A stretch of 64,000 nt of DNA, taken from a virus. The position numbers were made by a program, and so were the translations under genes. Each line of letters begins with the position of its first letter. The stretch's first letter is position 1. Of this stretch, positions 17,703 to 26,851 are shown one piece after another. The notes under the pieces were generated by a model, which worked only from the letters and a program-made list of their open reading frames with translations, searched no databases and was not told the DNA's origin. Where the stretch lies: positions 36,410 to 100,409 of the IMG/VR virus record IMGVR_UViG_3300019487_000024; one strand, written 5' to 3'.

Positions 17703-18344
17703 TTACTTCAGAATTTCAAGTGCAACTGCATATTCTTCCGGGCACATTATTTTGTAGTGAGCATTTTGACCTTTGAGAAACGAAAATTCCTCAGTAGCTT
17801 GTTGTGTGTCTCCAATGCAGGCAATGTTTCCGATGGAAAATGCTGCCAAACGTTTTTGAAGCTTATCATATGGGATTTCGCAATATGCTCCATATCCATT
17901 ATGAACCACGTAAACCTTGATGTTCTTCACGGGATGGTCCGCAATGAATCGAAGGGCTTCCCAAATGACTCCTTCGGCACATTCGCCATCACTTACCATC
18001 ACATGCACGCCACGATTGGGGTTTGCAAGTGCCCGACCTACAGCGGCGGCTAATCCCATACCCAAACTTCCCGTTGAACACCAAAGATGATTCGCTTCGT
18101 CCAGATGTGGGTGCCCGCCATGCTTCTTGAACAACTCCTCAGCATTATGTCCGTGATGTTTTTCCAGCACGACGTATTGTGCCAAAGAAGCATGTCCGTT
18201 AGAAAGGATGAAAATGTCATCCACAGGCTTGTTTCTGAAAATCCAGTCAATGATGTCCACACAGGACAAATAGCTCCCCAAGTGAGAGAGTTTGTTCTTG
18301 TAGGCAATCTCAATGATGCGTTTCTTTAGGTCTTTGTTTACCAT
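17703..18344 (-). CDS. Transketolase-like alpha subunit (TPP-binding)
   Basis: SHLGSYLS, FILSNGHA, STGSLGMG, SDGECAEGVIWEA. Confidence 0.9.
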   Translation of the reverse strand: MVNKDLKKRIIEIAYKNKLSHLGSYLSCVDIIDWIFRNKPVDDIFILSNGHASLAQYVVLEKHHGHNAEELFKKHGGHPHLDEANHLWCSTGSLGMGLAAAVGRALANPNRGVHVMVSDGECAEGVIWEALRFIADHPVKNIKVYVVHNGYGAYCEIPYDKLQKRLAAFSIGNIACIGDTQQATEEFSFLKGQNAHYKIMCPEEYAVALEILK

Positions 18345-19315
18345 ACGAAATTCTTCTTGTAGTATTCCACAATCTCAGGAAGTTTTTGATCTAGGGAACA
18401 TTGATTCTTCCACCCAAGCTTTTTCAGCTTACTATCATCCAAGCTATAACGTACGTCTTGTCCGTCACGGGAATATGTGAAGTCACAGAATTCCAACAAT
18501 CGGTCCATGTCGTTGTCGGGATTGAAATCAACGGTTGACGGATGGAACGTGAGAGCATAGACCTTCTTCACAATGTCAATGTTGAAACATTCTTCTGGAC
18601 CGGAAATGTTGTAAATTTCATTCGTCACACCGGCATCAATGATGGTCATGACAGCATCGGCAGTGTCTTGAGCATGAAGCCATACACGTCTTGGCGATCC
18701 TCCATTGTGCAATGGAACCTTGCTTTCCAAATGAAAGCACTTGCATGTTTTTGGAATGAGTTTTTCGACGTATTGTCCAACACCATAGTTGTTCGTGGGT
18801 CGGACAATAACATACGGAACCTTGAAAGTCCGTGCCCAAGCGAGAATCAACATGTCAGCCGCAGCTTTCGTAGCCGAGTAGGGATTGCTTGGCTTCAACA
18901 AGTCGGTTTCCGTATGAGACCCCGATTCAATGTCTCCATATACTTCATCGGTACTGAAATGAAGCAGGGTGGGCATCTTTAACCGTTTGGTACGGATAAG
19001 ATCGAGAAGGTGCTTTACTCCATTGACATTTGAGTGAAGAAAGGCATCGCTGTTGGTTATGGAATTGTCAACGTGGCTTTCGGCGGCAGTATTGATGACA
19101 TAATCACAATCATAGAGGCTTTCCAAATTGCAAATGTCTTCCTTGATAAACTTGAAGTTTGGACCGTAGCAATGAAAGTCAATCAATCGGTGTGGTTGAG
19201 CCGCATAGGTTACTTTATCGACGCCAATGACATACCACCCACGACGAAGGCAGGCTTCGGTCACATAGGCTCCGATGAATCCAAGGCATCCCGTAACGTA
19301 AACGATTTTTTTCAT
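18338..19315 (-). CDS. rmlB: dTDP-glucose 4,6-dehydratase-like
   Basis: TGCLGFIG, AAESHVDNSI, STDEVYG, PSNPYSATKAAAD, RPTNNYG, EKLIP. Confidence 0.85.
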   Translation of the reverse strand: MKKIVYVTGCLGFIGAYVTEACLRRGWYVIGVDKVTYAAQPHRLIDFHCYGPNFKFIKEDICNLESLYDCDYVINTAAESHVDNSITNSDAFLHSNVNGVKHLLDLIRTKRLKMPTLLHFSTDEVYGDIESGSHTETDLLKPSNPYSATKAAADMLILAWARTFKVPYVIVRPTNNYGVGQYVEKLIPKTCKCFHLESKVPLHNGGSPRRVWLHAQDTADAVMTIIDAGVTNEIYNISGPEECFNIDIVKKVYALTFHPSTVDFNPDNDMDRLLEFCDFTYSRDGQDVRYSLDDSKLKKLGWKNQCSLDQKLPEIVEYYKKNFVW

Positions 19316-19318
19316 AAC

Positions 19319-19969
19319 TTATTGGTAGTTGGCTTCCAGCTCTTCCTGCGTATAAGTATAAGGCAGTTTCTTCACAAACACTTGCCATCCACCATGCAAA
19401 ACTTGAGTGTGTCCGTCATACGCTGTAAGAAAACTGTCCACGGCGAGCTTCGGCTTCTGCTTTTCGTCTGTAGTATGAGCACCCCATCCATAATCATCAA
19501 AAATCAGGATGCCGTTGTCCTTGAGGATGTACCAAGCGAGCACGGCATCTTGCATAACATCAATTGCCAAGTGAGAGCCATCAATGTAAACATAGTCGGC
19601 GAACCCTTTGGTTTGACCGTTATGAGTCAACGAACGGAGAACATCGTAGGAGCTTCCCTTGATGAAATGGATGTTGGGGAAGGAACCAATGTTATGGCGA
19701 AGGCATTCGTTATCATTGATGTCAATGGCATAGTGAACGCTTCCCGGACCATTGGCAATTCTCTGAGCACAAAACACGGCACAGTCGCCATGCAAGACTC
19801 CAATCTCAACACCAACCACGTTTGGTCTGCCTGCAATGAAGGCAAGATGGTTTTGCCAGTCGGGAATCCACTTCTCAAAGAAATTTGAGCCGAAGAACCC
19901 TTCGGGGCGTTTCATGAAGGCTGGATATGTGTAACTTGTGATGTCTCGTTTAAGTGTGTATTCGCTCAT
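19319..19969 (-). CDS. Class I SAM-dependent methyltransferase (Methyltransf_24-like)
   Basis: VEIGVLHG, YVYIDGSH, LKDNGILIFDDY. Confidence 0.85.
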   Translation of the reverse strand: MSEYTLKRDITSYTYPAFMKRPEGFFGSNFFEKWIPDWQNHLAFIAGRPNVVGVEIGVLHGDCAVFCAQRIANGPGSVHYAIDINDNECLRHNIGSFPNIHFIKGSSYDVLRSLTHNGQTKGFADYVYIDGSHLAIDVMQDAVLAWYILKDNGILIFDDYGWGAHTTDEKQKPKLAVDSFLTAYDGHTQVLHGGWQVFVKKLPYTYTQEELEANYQ

Positions 19970-21321
19970 AACGTTTTGAAGAAGTTGTCAACCTGTTCCT
20001 TTACATAGTCCAATTGAACGGGAGTTATCACTGGACTTGTGCCCAAGAAAAAGGTGTCTGTTGTGACCTTGGTCGCCGCACTAAACAATTGTTTGGCAAC
20101 GTGTTGTGATTTATGGAATTCGCCATACATATCCATCCATTTGATGTCATTGTATGCTGGCTGCAATAAGAGATTGCCGCCGAAATAGTTTCGAGTCTGA
20201 ATCTTACGATCCTCAAGATACGCAGTGAACTTGGAACGTTTGAAGACAGATGGATTCTTTACAGTAACGGGGAACGCAAACCACGAAGGGTCAGAGTTCT
20301 CGGTTGCTTTATGAACAATGAAAAACTCTTCATAGGGAGCGAAGATTTCTGTCAGTATCTTGTGATTTCTCCTTCTGAGAGAATGAATCTCGTCCAACTT
20401 ATTCAGTTGAACAACTCCCATTGAGCATTGCAACTCGATTGGTTTCAAGTTGTAGCCCACATTGTCATAGACATACTTGTGATCGAAAATTTCATCGGGA
20501 ATGGCGGGGAGCCAATTGCTGAAGCGGCATCCACAAGAACCCTTGATTGAAAGATTTGCCTTTCGTCCCACGCAGTAGCATCCACGACCCCACTCACGGA
20601 AGCTTCGTGCTACTTTTTCTTGTTCGGCTGTTTTGCAAGCCACGAATCCGCCTTCACCCATTGTCATATGGTGGGCGGGATAGAAAGAGCACGTTGCCAT
20701 GTCACCATCGGTTCCGACAGGCTTTCCATCGTAGGTTGAACCAAGGGCGTCACAACAATCTTCCAAGAGAATGATGTCTGGGCGAAGCTCTTTGATTATC
20801 TCTTTGAGCTTCTTCATGTTCGGAGGGTTTCCGAGAACATGGGCAAAGGTAATGACACGGGCATCGGTGTTTCTGAGGGCTGTAGCAACTTGCTCCAGAT
20901 TCAAATTGAGAGAATCCAGTTCAATGTCAACAAAGACAGGCGTAAGTCCACATTGAAGAACCGGATTGACTGTTGTTGGGAAGCCAGCAACAGGAACGAT
21001 GACTTTCTCTTCGTCTTTCAGACCATAGAGACGTTTGGCAGTCTCCATCATTAAAAGATTGGAGCTTGACCCGCTGTTGGTCACTATTCCATATTGTTTT
21101 CCAAGAAGGGGTGGGAAGTTCTTTTCAAACTTCATGGCATCTTCCCCAAGGACAAGCCATTCGTTTAGCAAAGCATTTGTAGCTGCCACAAACTCAGCCG
21201 AATCAAAGTATGGACCAGCATATTGAACCCAATCTTTTCCGGGGGTCCATGTCTTTGCTGCGTGCTTTTCCCCAATGTATTCGGAGACAAGCTTCAGGAT
21301 GTCTTCTTTGCTGACTGGCAT
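19966..21321 (-). CDS. rfbH: NDP-4-keto-6-deoxyhexose 3-dehydratase (RfbH/DdhC, E1-type, PMP/Fe-S)
   Basis: NSGSSSNLL, GFPTTVNP, HVLGNP, EDCCDALG, SFYPAHHMTMGEGG (His in place of the DegT Lys), WGRGCYC...SCGCRF Cys cluster, DHKY, GYNLKP. Start ATG 21321. Confidence 0.88.
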   Translation of the reverse strand: MPVSKEDILKLVSEYIGEKHAAKTWTPGKDWVQYAGPYFDSAEFVAATNALLNEWLVLGEDAMKFEKNFPPLLGKQYGIVTNSGSSSNLLMMETAKRLYGLKDEEKVIVPVAGFPTTVNPVLQCGLTPVFVDIELDSLNLNLEQVATALRNTDARVITFAHVLGNPPNMKKLKEIIKELRPDIILLEDCCDALGSTYDGKPVGTDGDMATCSFYPAHHMTMGEGGFVACKTAEQEKVARSFREWGRGCYCVGRKANLSIKGSCGCRFSNWLPAIPDEIFDHKYVYDNVGYNLKPIELQCSMGVVQLNKLDEIHSLRRRNHKILTEIFAPYEEFFIVHKATENSDPSWFAFPVTVKNPSVFKRSKFTAYLEDRKIQTRNYFGGNLLLQPAYNDIKWMDMYGEFHKSQHVAKQLFSAATKVTTDTFFLGTSPVITPVQLDYVKEQVDNFFKTL

Positions 21322-21322
21322 A

Positions 21323-22270
21323 TCAAATGTCGGAGAACGGGCAATTGGTGTTCTTAATGATTGGGCAAGCCGCAAGAACTTCACGAATAGAATCATCCAA
21401 TGAAAATTGGGGTCTCCACCCAAGCGATTCCAACTTGTCATTTGAGACAATGTAGTTTCTTTGGTCGGGGTCTTTGTTGATTTCCGATGTAGTGATGAAA
21501 AAGTCGGGTACTTGTTTCTTGATGGCGAGACAGAGTTCCATTTTGTTTACGTTGGCACTGGTATTGCCGACGTTATAGACTTGTCCTTGCATTGAAGGAG
21601 TTTTGAGAGCCAATGACATAGCACTTACTACGTCTCGGATGTGTACGAAGTTTCTAGCGAAGTGGGATTCAAATAAGACAATGAACTTGTCGTTCCATGC
21701 TCTCCAAGTGAAATCATTGACGAGCAAATCCATACGCATTTTGCGGGAGACTCCCATTACTGTAGCCAAACGAAATGACGTTGCATTTCCATTTTGCATG
21801 AGAGCCTTTTCAGCCGCACATTTGGTTTCACCATAAAGAGAAATTGGTCTTAATGGAGTCTCTTCCGTGCAGAAGATGGCTTTTCCATCCGAATGCTCTC
21901 CCAATCCATATCCAGAATTGGTTGTGGCATAAATGACGATTTGATCCTTGCTAACCTTGCTGGCTAGAAACTCCGAACTCTCTTGGTTTACCTGTTTGGT
22001 TTCGATGGGGAATCGGTTGCAAAGGGGCATTCCAACGTAGGCGGCGAGATTGATGATTGCATCGTGTTGGGAAATTAAAAAGGAATAGCGGGCTGTATCA
22101 CGAACATCGCCATAAACAAATCTGAAGTTAGGATTGGAACAGTTTTCCAAAATCCCATGTTGACGATGAATCAGATTGTCCAACACCGTGACCGAATAAC
22201 CTTGGTCAAGAAGATTGGGAGCCAATATGTTTCCAATGTAGCCAGCACCACCAGCGATCAGTATTCTCAT
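21323..22270 (-). CDS. NAD-dependent epimerase/reductase (extended SDR)
   Basis: AGGAGYIG, YGETK, RLATVMG, RMDLLVN. Confidence 0.9.
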   Translation of the reverse strand: MRILIAGGAGYIGNILAPNLLDQGYSVTVLDNLIHRQHGILENCSNPNFRFVYGDVRDTARYSFLISQHDAIINLAAYVGMPLCNRFPIETKQVNQESSEFLASKVSKDQIVIYATTNSGYGLGEHSDGKAIFCTEETPLRPISLYGETKCAAEKALMQNGNATSFRLATVMGVSRKMRMDLLVNDFTWRAWNDKFIVLFESHFARNFVHIRDVVSAMSLALKTPSMQGQVYNVGNTSANVNKMELCLAIKKQVPDFFITTSEINKDPDQRNYIVSNDKLESLGWRPQFSLDDSIREVLAACPIIKNTNCPFSDI

Positions 22271-22689
22271 AGTTTCTCTAAAAGTTTGCTTGAAGCATAC
22301 AACTTTGGAAGAGAAATTGCAACATATTTTATTCCCAATTCTTTACACAATATGACTTCAGCAGACTCGGCGTTGATTCCTACACGGTCTCCGCTGTTAA
22401 AAAAATACATCTCGTCATCAGGAAACTCTTTCCTGACCTTTTTTATACTCTCACAGACCGTTTTGTCCTTGTCCACAGAAATCCACGCCTCGCTAATCGG
22501 TTTGAGGGTCGCAACGATGTTTCGGCGGTGATCTTGGTCCATGAACACTCTGGAACCCTTGACCGTTACTTGATGGTCATTATTTATGATAGCAATTAAG
22601 TAATTGCATTGATCCTTGGCGGCTAGGAAGTACTGAATGTGCCCGTAGTGCAAGGGATTGAAATAACCCGATACGATTCCAATTTTCAT
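22267..22689 (-). CDS. HIGH-family cytidylyl/adenylyltransferase
   Basis: SGYFNPLHYGH (HxGH), NNDHQ, NSGDR, SSKL. Confidence 0.85.
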   Translation of the reverse strand: MKIGIVSGYFNPLHYGHIQYFLAAKDQCNYLIAIINNDHQVTVKGSRVFMDQDHRRNIVATLKPISEAWISVDKDKTVCESIKKVRKEFPDDEMYFFNSGDRVGINAESAEVILCKELGIKYVAISLPKLYASSKLLEKL

Positions 22690-23639
22690 GAGTGGATTCT
22701 GGATACTCCGGTGGATTCAAACTTGAACGGAAGAACATCGTCTCCAAACACTTCAAGTAGTTTGGCTTTGGTGTGTGGGGTGCAGATAGCCAAAACAAAT
22801 CCACATCCTCCGCTGCCAAGTAACTTAGCACCATACGCACCGTTATCCATTACAGTCTTGACAGTATGGTCAACTTTTGGGGTAGAAATCAATGGTGACA
22901 AGTCTTTCTTCTGTCTCCACGTTTCATATAGAAGGTTCCCAATACCCTCAATGTCTTCTTCGACGAAGCGGTCATATGCTTCACGAGCAAGCGACAAGAT
23001 TTGCATCTTATCTTTGTGGTTATGAGATTTGGCAATCTCTTCTTGGCTTCTTTGCTCGTTGGTGTAAATTAGAACCATTGAGTCTTCAAGCTCTTGCTTG
23101 AAATCCTCGGTGATGGGGAGCGGCTTGACCGAAAAGTCGCCCGTGGAGTGAATCTCAATTGAGTTGAGTCCACCGTAAGCTGGCCAAATTGAGTCTTGAA
23201 TACCTCCCGCCTCTTTCAAGATTTCTCTTTCTACCTTGATGGCATCATATACCAACTTCTTTTTGTCTATGGGGCGTCCATAGAGTTGATTGATTAGATA
23301 GAGAAGTCCAACACAGTAGGAAGAAGACCCACCAAGACCCGTCCTTGATGGAATGTCGGCAAAGGAGAAGAGTTCCACGAAATCTTTGACATCACCATAC
23401 TTCAAAGTTTCACGAATGAGTGGGTTTTGGATAGAATCAAATTCCTTGACATAATCCATCTTGGAATAAACGACCAATGTCTCTTTGGATAGAATCTTGG
23501 GACGAAACCGCATTGACAAGTAGGAATACTTGTCGATTGTGGTGCCAATCAAAAACGAACCGTGTTCTTTGTAAAACGATTCATAATCAGTTGACCCACC
23601 AAACAGGGAAATGCGTAATGGCGTCTTGGCGATTATCAT
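22686..23639 (-). CDS. GHMP sugar kinase, D-glycero-D-manno-heptose-7-phosphate kinase (HddA-like)
   Basis: TPLRISLFGGSTD, DIPSRTGLGGSS, GIQDS..AYGGLN, GAKLLGSGGCGF. Confidence 0.88.
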   Translation of the reverse strand: MIIAKTPLRISLFGGSTDYESFYKEHGSFLIGTTIDKYSYLSMRFRPKILSKETLVVYSKMDYVKEFDSIQNPLIRETLKYGDVKDFVELFSFADIPSRTGLGGSSSYCVGLLYLINQLYGRPIDKKKLVYDAIKVEREILKEAGGIQDSIWPAYGGLNSIEIHSTGDFSVKPLPITEDFKQELEDSMVLIYTNEQRSQEEIAKSHNHKDKMQILSLAREAYDRFVEEDIEGIGNLLYETWRQKKDLSPLISTPKVDHTVKTVMDNGAYGAKLLGSGGCGFVLAICTPHTKAKLLEVFGDDVLPFKFESTGVSRIHS

Positions 23640-24151
23640 TGGTCACGTTTGGAAAGAATTGGAGTTTGAGTTGGCCAGATTAGATTGAACAATGGGTCGT
23701 TCCACTTAACCGACAACTGGTCCGATTGGGGAGTGAATCCATGACTCAGGCGATAGTGAAACAAAGCATCGTCGCTCATTACGCAATGACCATTGACACA
23801 GCCGGGAGGAAGAAAGGCTTGAAATCGGTTTCCGGCAGTCAGCACGACTTCTTCTTTCCCCTTATATGTTGAAGACTTGGGGTTCATGTCTATCACCACA
23901 AAGTAAACTTCTCCATGTAACACTTCGATGAGTTTCCAATTGGTGAAGTCACCATGTAATCCCCGCAAAACGTTCTTAGTAGAATGAGCATACGAATCCA
24001 CTAGGAAATCAATTTCTCGCCCAAACAGTTGGTTGTAAACCTCTTTGTTGTAGGCTTCGTAGTTGTAGCCCCGATGATCGGAGAATGCTTCGGTACGAAT
24101 GAGAAGAAAGTCATGTATCTTCTCGCTTTTATACTCTACTTTCGGATTCAT
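23636..24151 (-). CDS. RmlC-family NDP-sugar 3,5-epimerase (cupin)
   Basis: FSDHRGY, NVLRGLH, PPGCVNGH, WNDP...WP...ILSKRD. Confidence 0.88.
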   Translation of the reverse strand: MNPKVEYKSEKIHDFLLIRTEAFSDHRGYNYEAYNKEVYNQLFGREIDFLVDSYAHSTKNVLRGLHGDFTNWKLIEVLHGEVYFVVIDMNPKSSTYKGKEEVVLTAGNRFQAFLPPGCVNGHCVMSDDALFHYRLSHGFTPQSDQLSVKWNDPLFNLIWPTQTPILSKRDQ

Positions 24152-25326
24152 ATGCTGTTCAAGATTTGACAGAGTTCCAAGATTTTACTGTGTTCCAGTT
24201 CTGGATAGTTTCCAATATACCATCCGAAATGATGGACGAAATTGCAGACTGGATAACTCAGATATTCATTTCCATAAAGCTTTCGCAAATAGGGTTGGGC
24301 AAGTTGATTGCCTCCACCAGACATACCACGGCGGAATTCAATTACGTTTTGTGAAAGAACTTCTTCAACGTAGTTTCTCTTTGCAACGTCGGGAGAAGCC
24401 AACAAAAGGGTGAACGCATAGTTGCTATTTCCTTCACGATCAAAGTCGGTGTAATACTTGGTCTTATCAAGGTTGTCCAAGAATACATCCAAGTTTTCCT
24501 TACGCTTCACGTTATTTTCGTCCAAGCGTTTCAATTGATTCAGTGCCATGACTGCATTGATTTCTGTAGAACGCATGTTATAGGAAGCAGCAAGGAAGAT
24601 GAAATCCTTATTCAATTCGGGATTGGCAGCAACGATGTTGTTTTTCATCACTACATCGTCCATTTCCCGTGCCATAGAATGAGAGCGAAGCGAACGACAA
24701 AAGTCGTAGAACAATGGGTCGTTGGTGCAAATCATTCCTCCTTCAATCGAAGTCATATGATGTGCGTAATAGAACGAGAAATTGGATGCATATCCAAAGG
24801 AACCTAGTTTCCGACCATTGAAAGTGGCTCCATGAGATTCACACACGTCTTCAATGATTTTGATGCCTTGATTTTCGCATACATCCAACAACTTTTGTGA
24901 CAAGCCATTGTATCCGAGGATATGAGTCAACAAAATCGCCTTTGTTCTTGGGGTGATCTTCTTGATAATCTCGTCCACATCCGCCGCCAAGTTCTTTTGG
25001 TTAATGTCCACAAACACCGGCGTAAATCGGGCATGAAGAATTGCCGCTACGTCGGAAACCCATCCCAAAGGAGAGGTAATAATTTCTCCATCACCATAAA
25101 GTTCCTTCAAGGCAAGGAGAGTCAATATGTTTGCAGAACTTCCAGAGTTAACGAACACCGAATACTTGACGCCCAACCATTTACTCCATTCTTCCTCAAA
25201 TTCCCGAACCTTCTTACCATTGGTAAGAATGGGGATGGGGCGTTGAGATAGGAACTGTACAAGGACATCCATATCCGACTCTACAATGTTGTTATGCATC
25301 AGTGGCCAATTCATATCAATCTCCAA
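24148..25326 (-). CDS. DegT-family PLP enzyme, ColD-like GDP-4-keto-6-deoxymannose 3-dehydratase
   Basis: VNSGSSAN, EDVCESHGA, SFYYAHHMTSIEGG (His in place of Lys, no E1-type Cys cluster), YNMRSTE, YIGN. Confidence 0.8.
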   Translation of the reverse strand: MEIDMNWPLMHNNIVESDMDVLVQFLSQRPIPILTNGKKVREFEEEWSKWLGVKYSVFVNSGSSANILTLLALKELYGDGEIITSPLGWVSDVAAILHARFTPVFVDINQKNLAADVDEIIKKITPRTKAILLTHILGYNGLSQKLLDVCENQGIKIIEDVCESHGATFNGRKLGSFGYASNFSFYYAHHMTSIEGGMICTNDPLFYDFCRSLRSHSMAREMDDVVMKNNIVAANPELNKDFIFLAASYNMRSTEINAVMALNQLKRLDENNVKRKENLDVFLDNLDKTKYYTDFDREGNSNYAFTLLLASPDVAKRNYVEEVLSQNVIEFRRGMSGGGNQLAQPYLRKLYGNEYLSYPVCNFVHHFGWYIGNYPELEHSKILELCQILNSI

Positions 25327-26848
25327 GAATCTTTCTCTTTAGTTTGATTTTGGTCATTTCCAAAATGTTCTTTGCTTCCTCGGCACCAAAGATTCTTTCA
25401 ATCCTCGCCAAGAATGCCGGATCAGTGTGATACTTCACAAATGCTTCATCACGGAACTTTAGAACCTCGGCAGCAGTCAAGTGCTTGGTTGGCATCGGAA
25501 CCGTTGTATAGGAGTGGAATGAGTATCCTGAATACTCCTTCGGCAATTCATATCCATTCTCCAAGGCATCCTTGTAGAGCTTACTACCGGGGAATGGCAT
25601 AACTGCATAGGCATTCCACCCCGACGTACAAAGCTCAAGGCTAAGATCAAGTGTTTTCTGCATTGATGCCATATCGTCTTCAGGAAGCCCGAAGAGATAG
25701 TTGGCAAGGACTTCAATACCCGCCTCTTGAACGGATTCAATTACTCGGCGAATGTCGGTGTCTTCAAACTTTCCTTTGGAGACTTCCAAACGGACATTAC
25801 GGTCTCCGCTTTCAATTCCGAGGCAGAGCCAACGGAAGCCTGCTCTACGCAAGAGCTTCAAAAGTTCTGGATTTTTACCAACCGTGTCAACACGAGAATA
25901 AGCCCAAATGAGAACCTTGTCGGCATATGGTTTTGCTGCCAATGCTTCACAGATTGGGACGTAGTTCGCAGGACTGAGCAAAAACATTTCGTCGGTGATA
26001 CGAATGGTGTAAACACCCGCAGCGACTAGCTTGTCAATCTGATTGACAACAAATTCGGTGGACCAGTGACGCATCACACGATAATTGCTTGCGACACCGA
26101 TTGGATCGTTGTCTGTACGGTTTAGGATGTTAATCATACAGAAGTCACATCCGAACTTACATCCAAGCGATGTATAGAGCGTAGCATACGGACTGCGTTT
26201 AGCAGGGTCGTAATTAGCGTGCCACATTGGAGAGCGGTACAAATCAAATGGACGTTCCTTCTGAGGAAGCAAGTCCCACGCATATCCCGGCAAATCCTTA
26301 TCCAAAAGAATCTGAGGAACCAAACGCTCGGCGGGAGTCAGCGTAGGAACACCGTTTTTGCGAAAGCCGATCCCCTTGATGTTATCCATATTGGTTACAT
26401 CAATGGATGGCTCCTTGAGCAAGTTATGAAGAGCATAGACACCTTCATTGGTAAATACAAAGTCCACGTTCTTTTCATCTTCCAATGTTTGAAGTGGGAG
26501 AGCTTGCATGTAAGACCCCAAGAACCCAAGAGGGATGGTTACGCCTGCACCCTTGATGTCATTGGCAAGCTTTACGGCACCGCTCATACTGACAGAGCCA
26601 GCGTTGACGTTCTGCCCATAAACAACAAAGCACAAAAGGCGTGGGTTGAGTTGGTTGATCCGCTCAATGATTTTGGAATTTGGAAGCTTTTCAGCATTCA
26701 CGTCAATCAATCCAACTTTGAATCCTTTACTGCGGCAAGATTCGGCTAGTAAGAGTGCCCAAGTTGGTGGTTCGATGGATGAATAGCTGGTTGCCAAATC
26801 TTGATAGATTTCGGAGGCATTGCCGGGAGCGATGAATAAAACGTCCAT
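25316..26848 (-). CDS. Cobalamin-binding radical SAM enzyme (class B-type)
   Basis: N-terminal B12-binding-like domain (EPPTWALLLA, VGLIDVNAE), CKFGCDFC, TDEMF, LGIESG, YLFGLPED, PFPGSKLY. Confidence 0.9.
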   Translation of the reverse strand: MDVLFIAPGNASEIYQDLATSYSSIEPPTWALLLAESCRSKGFKVGLIDVNAEKLPNSKIIERINQLNPRLLCFVVYGQNVNAGSVSMSGAVKLANDIKGAGVTIPLGFLGSYMQALPLQTLEDEKNVDFVFTNEGVYALHNLLKEPSIDVTNMDNIKGIGFRKNGVPTLTPAERLVPQILLDKDLPGYAWDLLPQKERPFDLYRSPMWHANYDPAKRSPYATLYTSLGCKFGCDFCMINILNRTDNDPIGVASNYRVMRHWSTEFVVNQIDKLVAAGVYTIRITDEMFLLSPANYVPICEALAAKPYADKVLIWAYSRVDTVGKNPELLKLLRRAGFRWLCLGIESGDRNVRLEVSKGKFEDTDIRRVIESVQEAGIEVLANYLFGLPEDDMASMQKTLDLSLELCTSGWNAYAVMPFPGSKLYKDALENGYELPKEYSGYSFHSYTTVPMPTKHLTAAEVLKFRDEAFVKYHTDPAFLARIERIFGAEEAKNILEMTKIKLKRKILGD

Positions 26849-26851
26849 AAC

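Noticed and set aside
19034-19888. 284-aa + strand ORF and similar long antisense ORFs (27..689, 1615..2388, 29759..30406, 57159..57926, 58322..59107)
   Set aside because: All overlap well-supported genes on the opposite strand and lack motifs or start signals.
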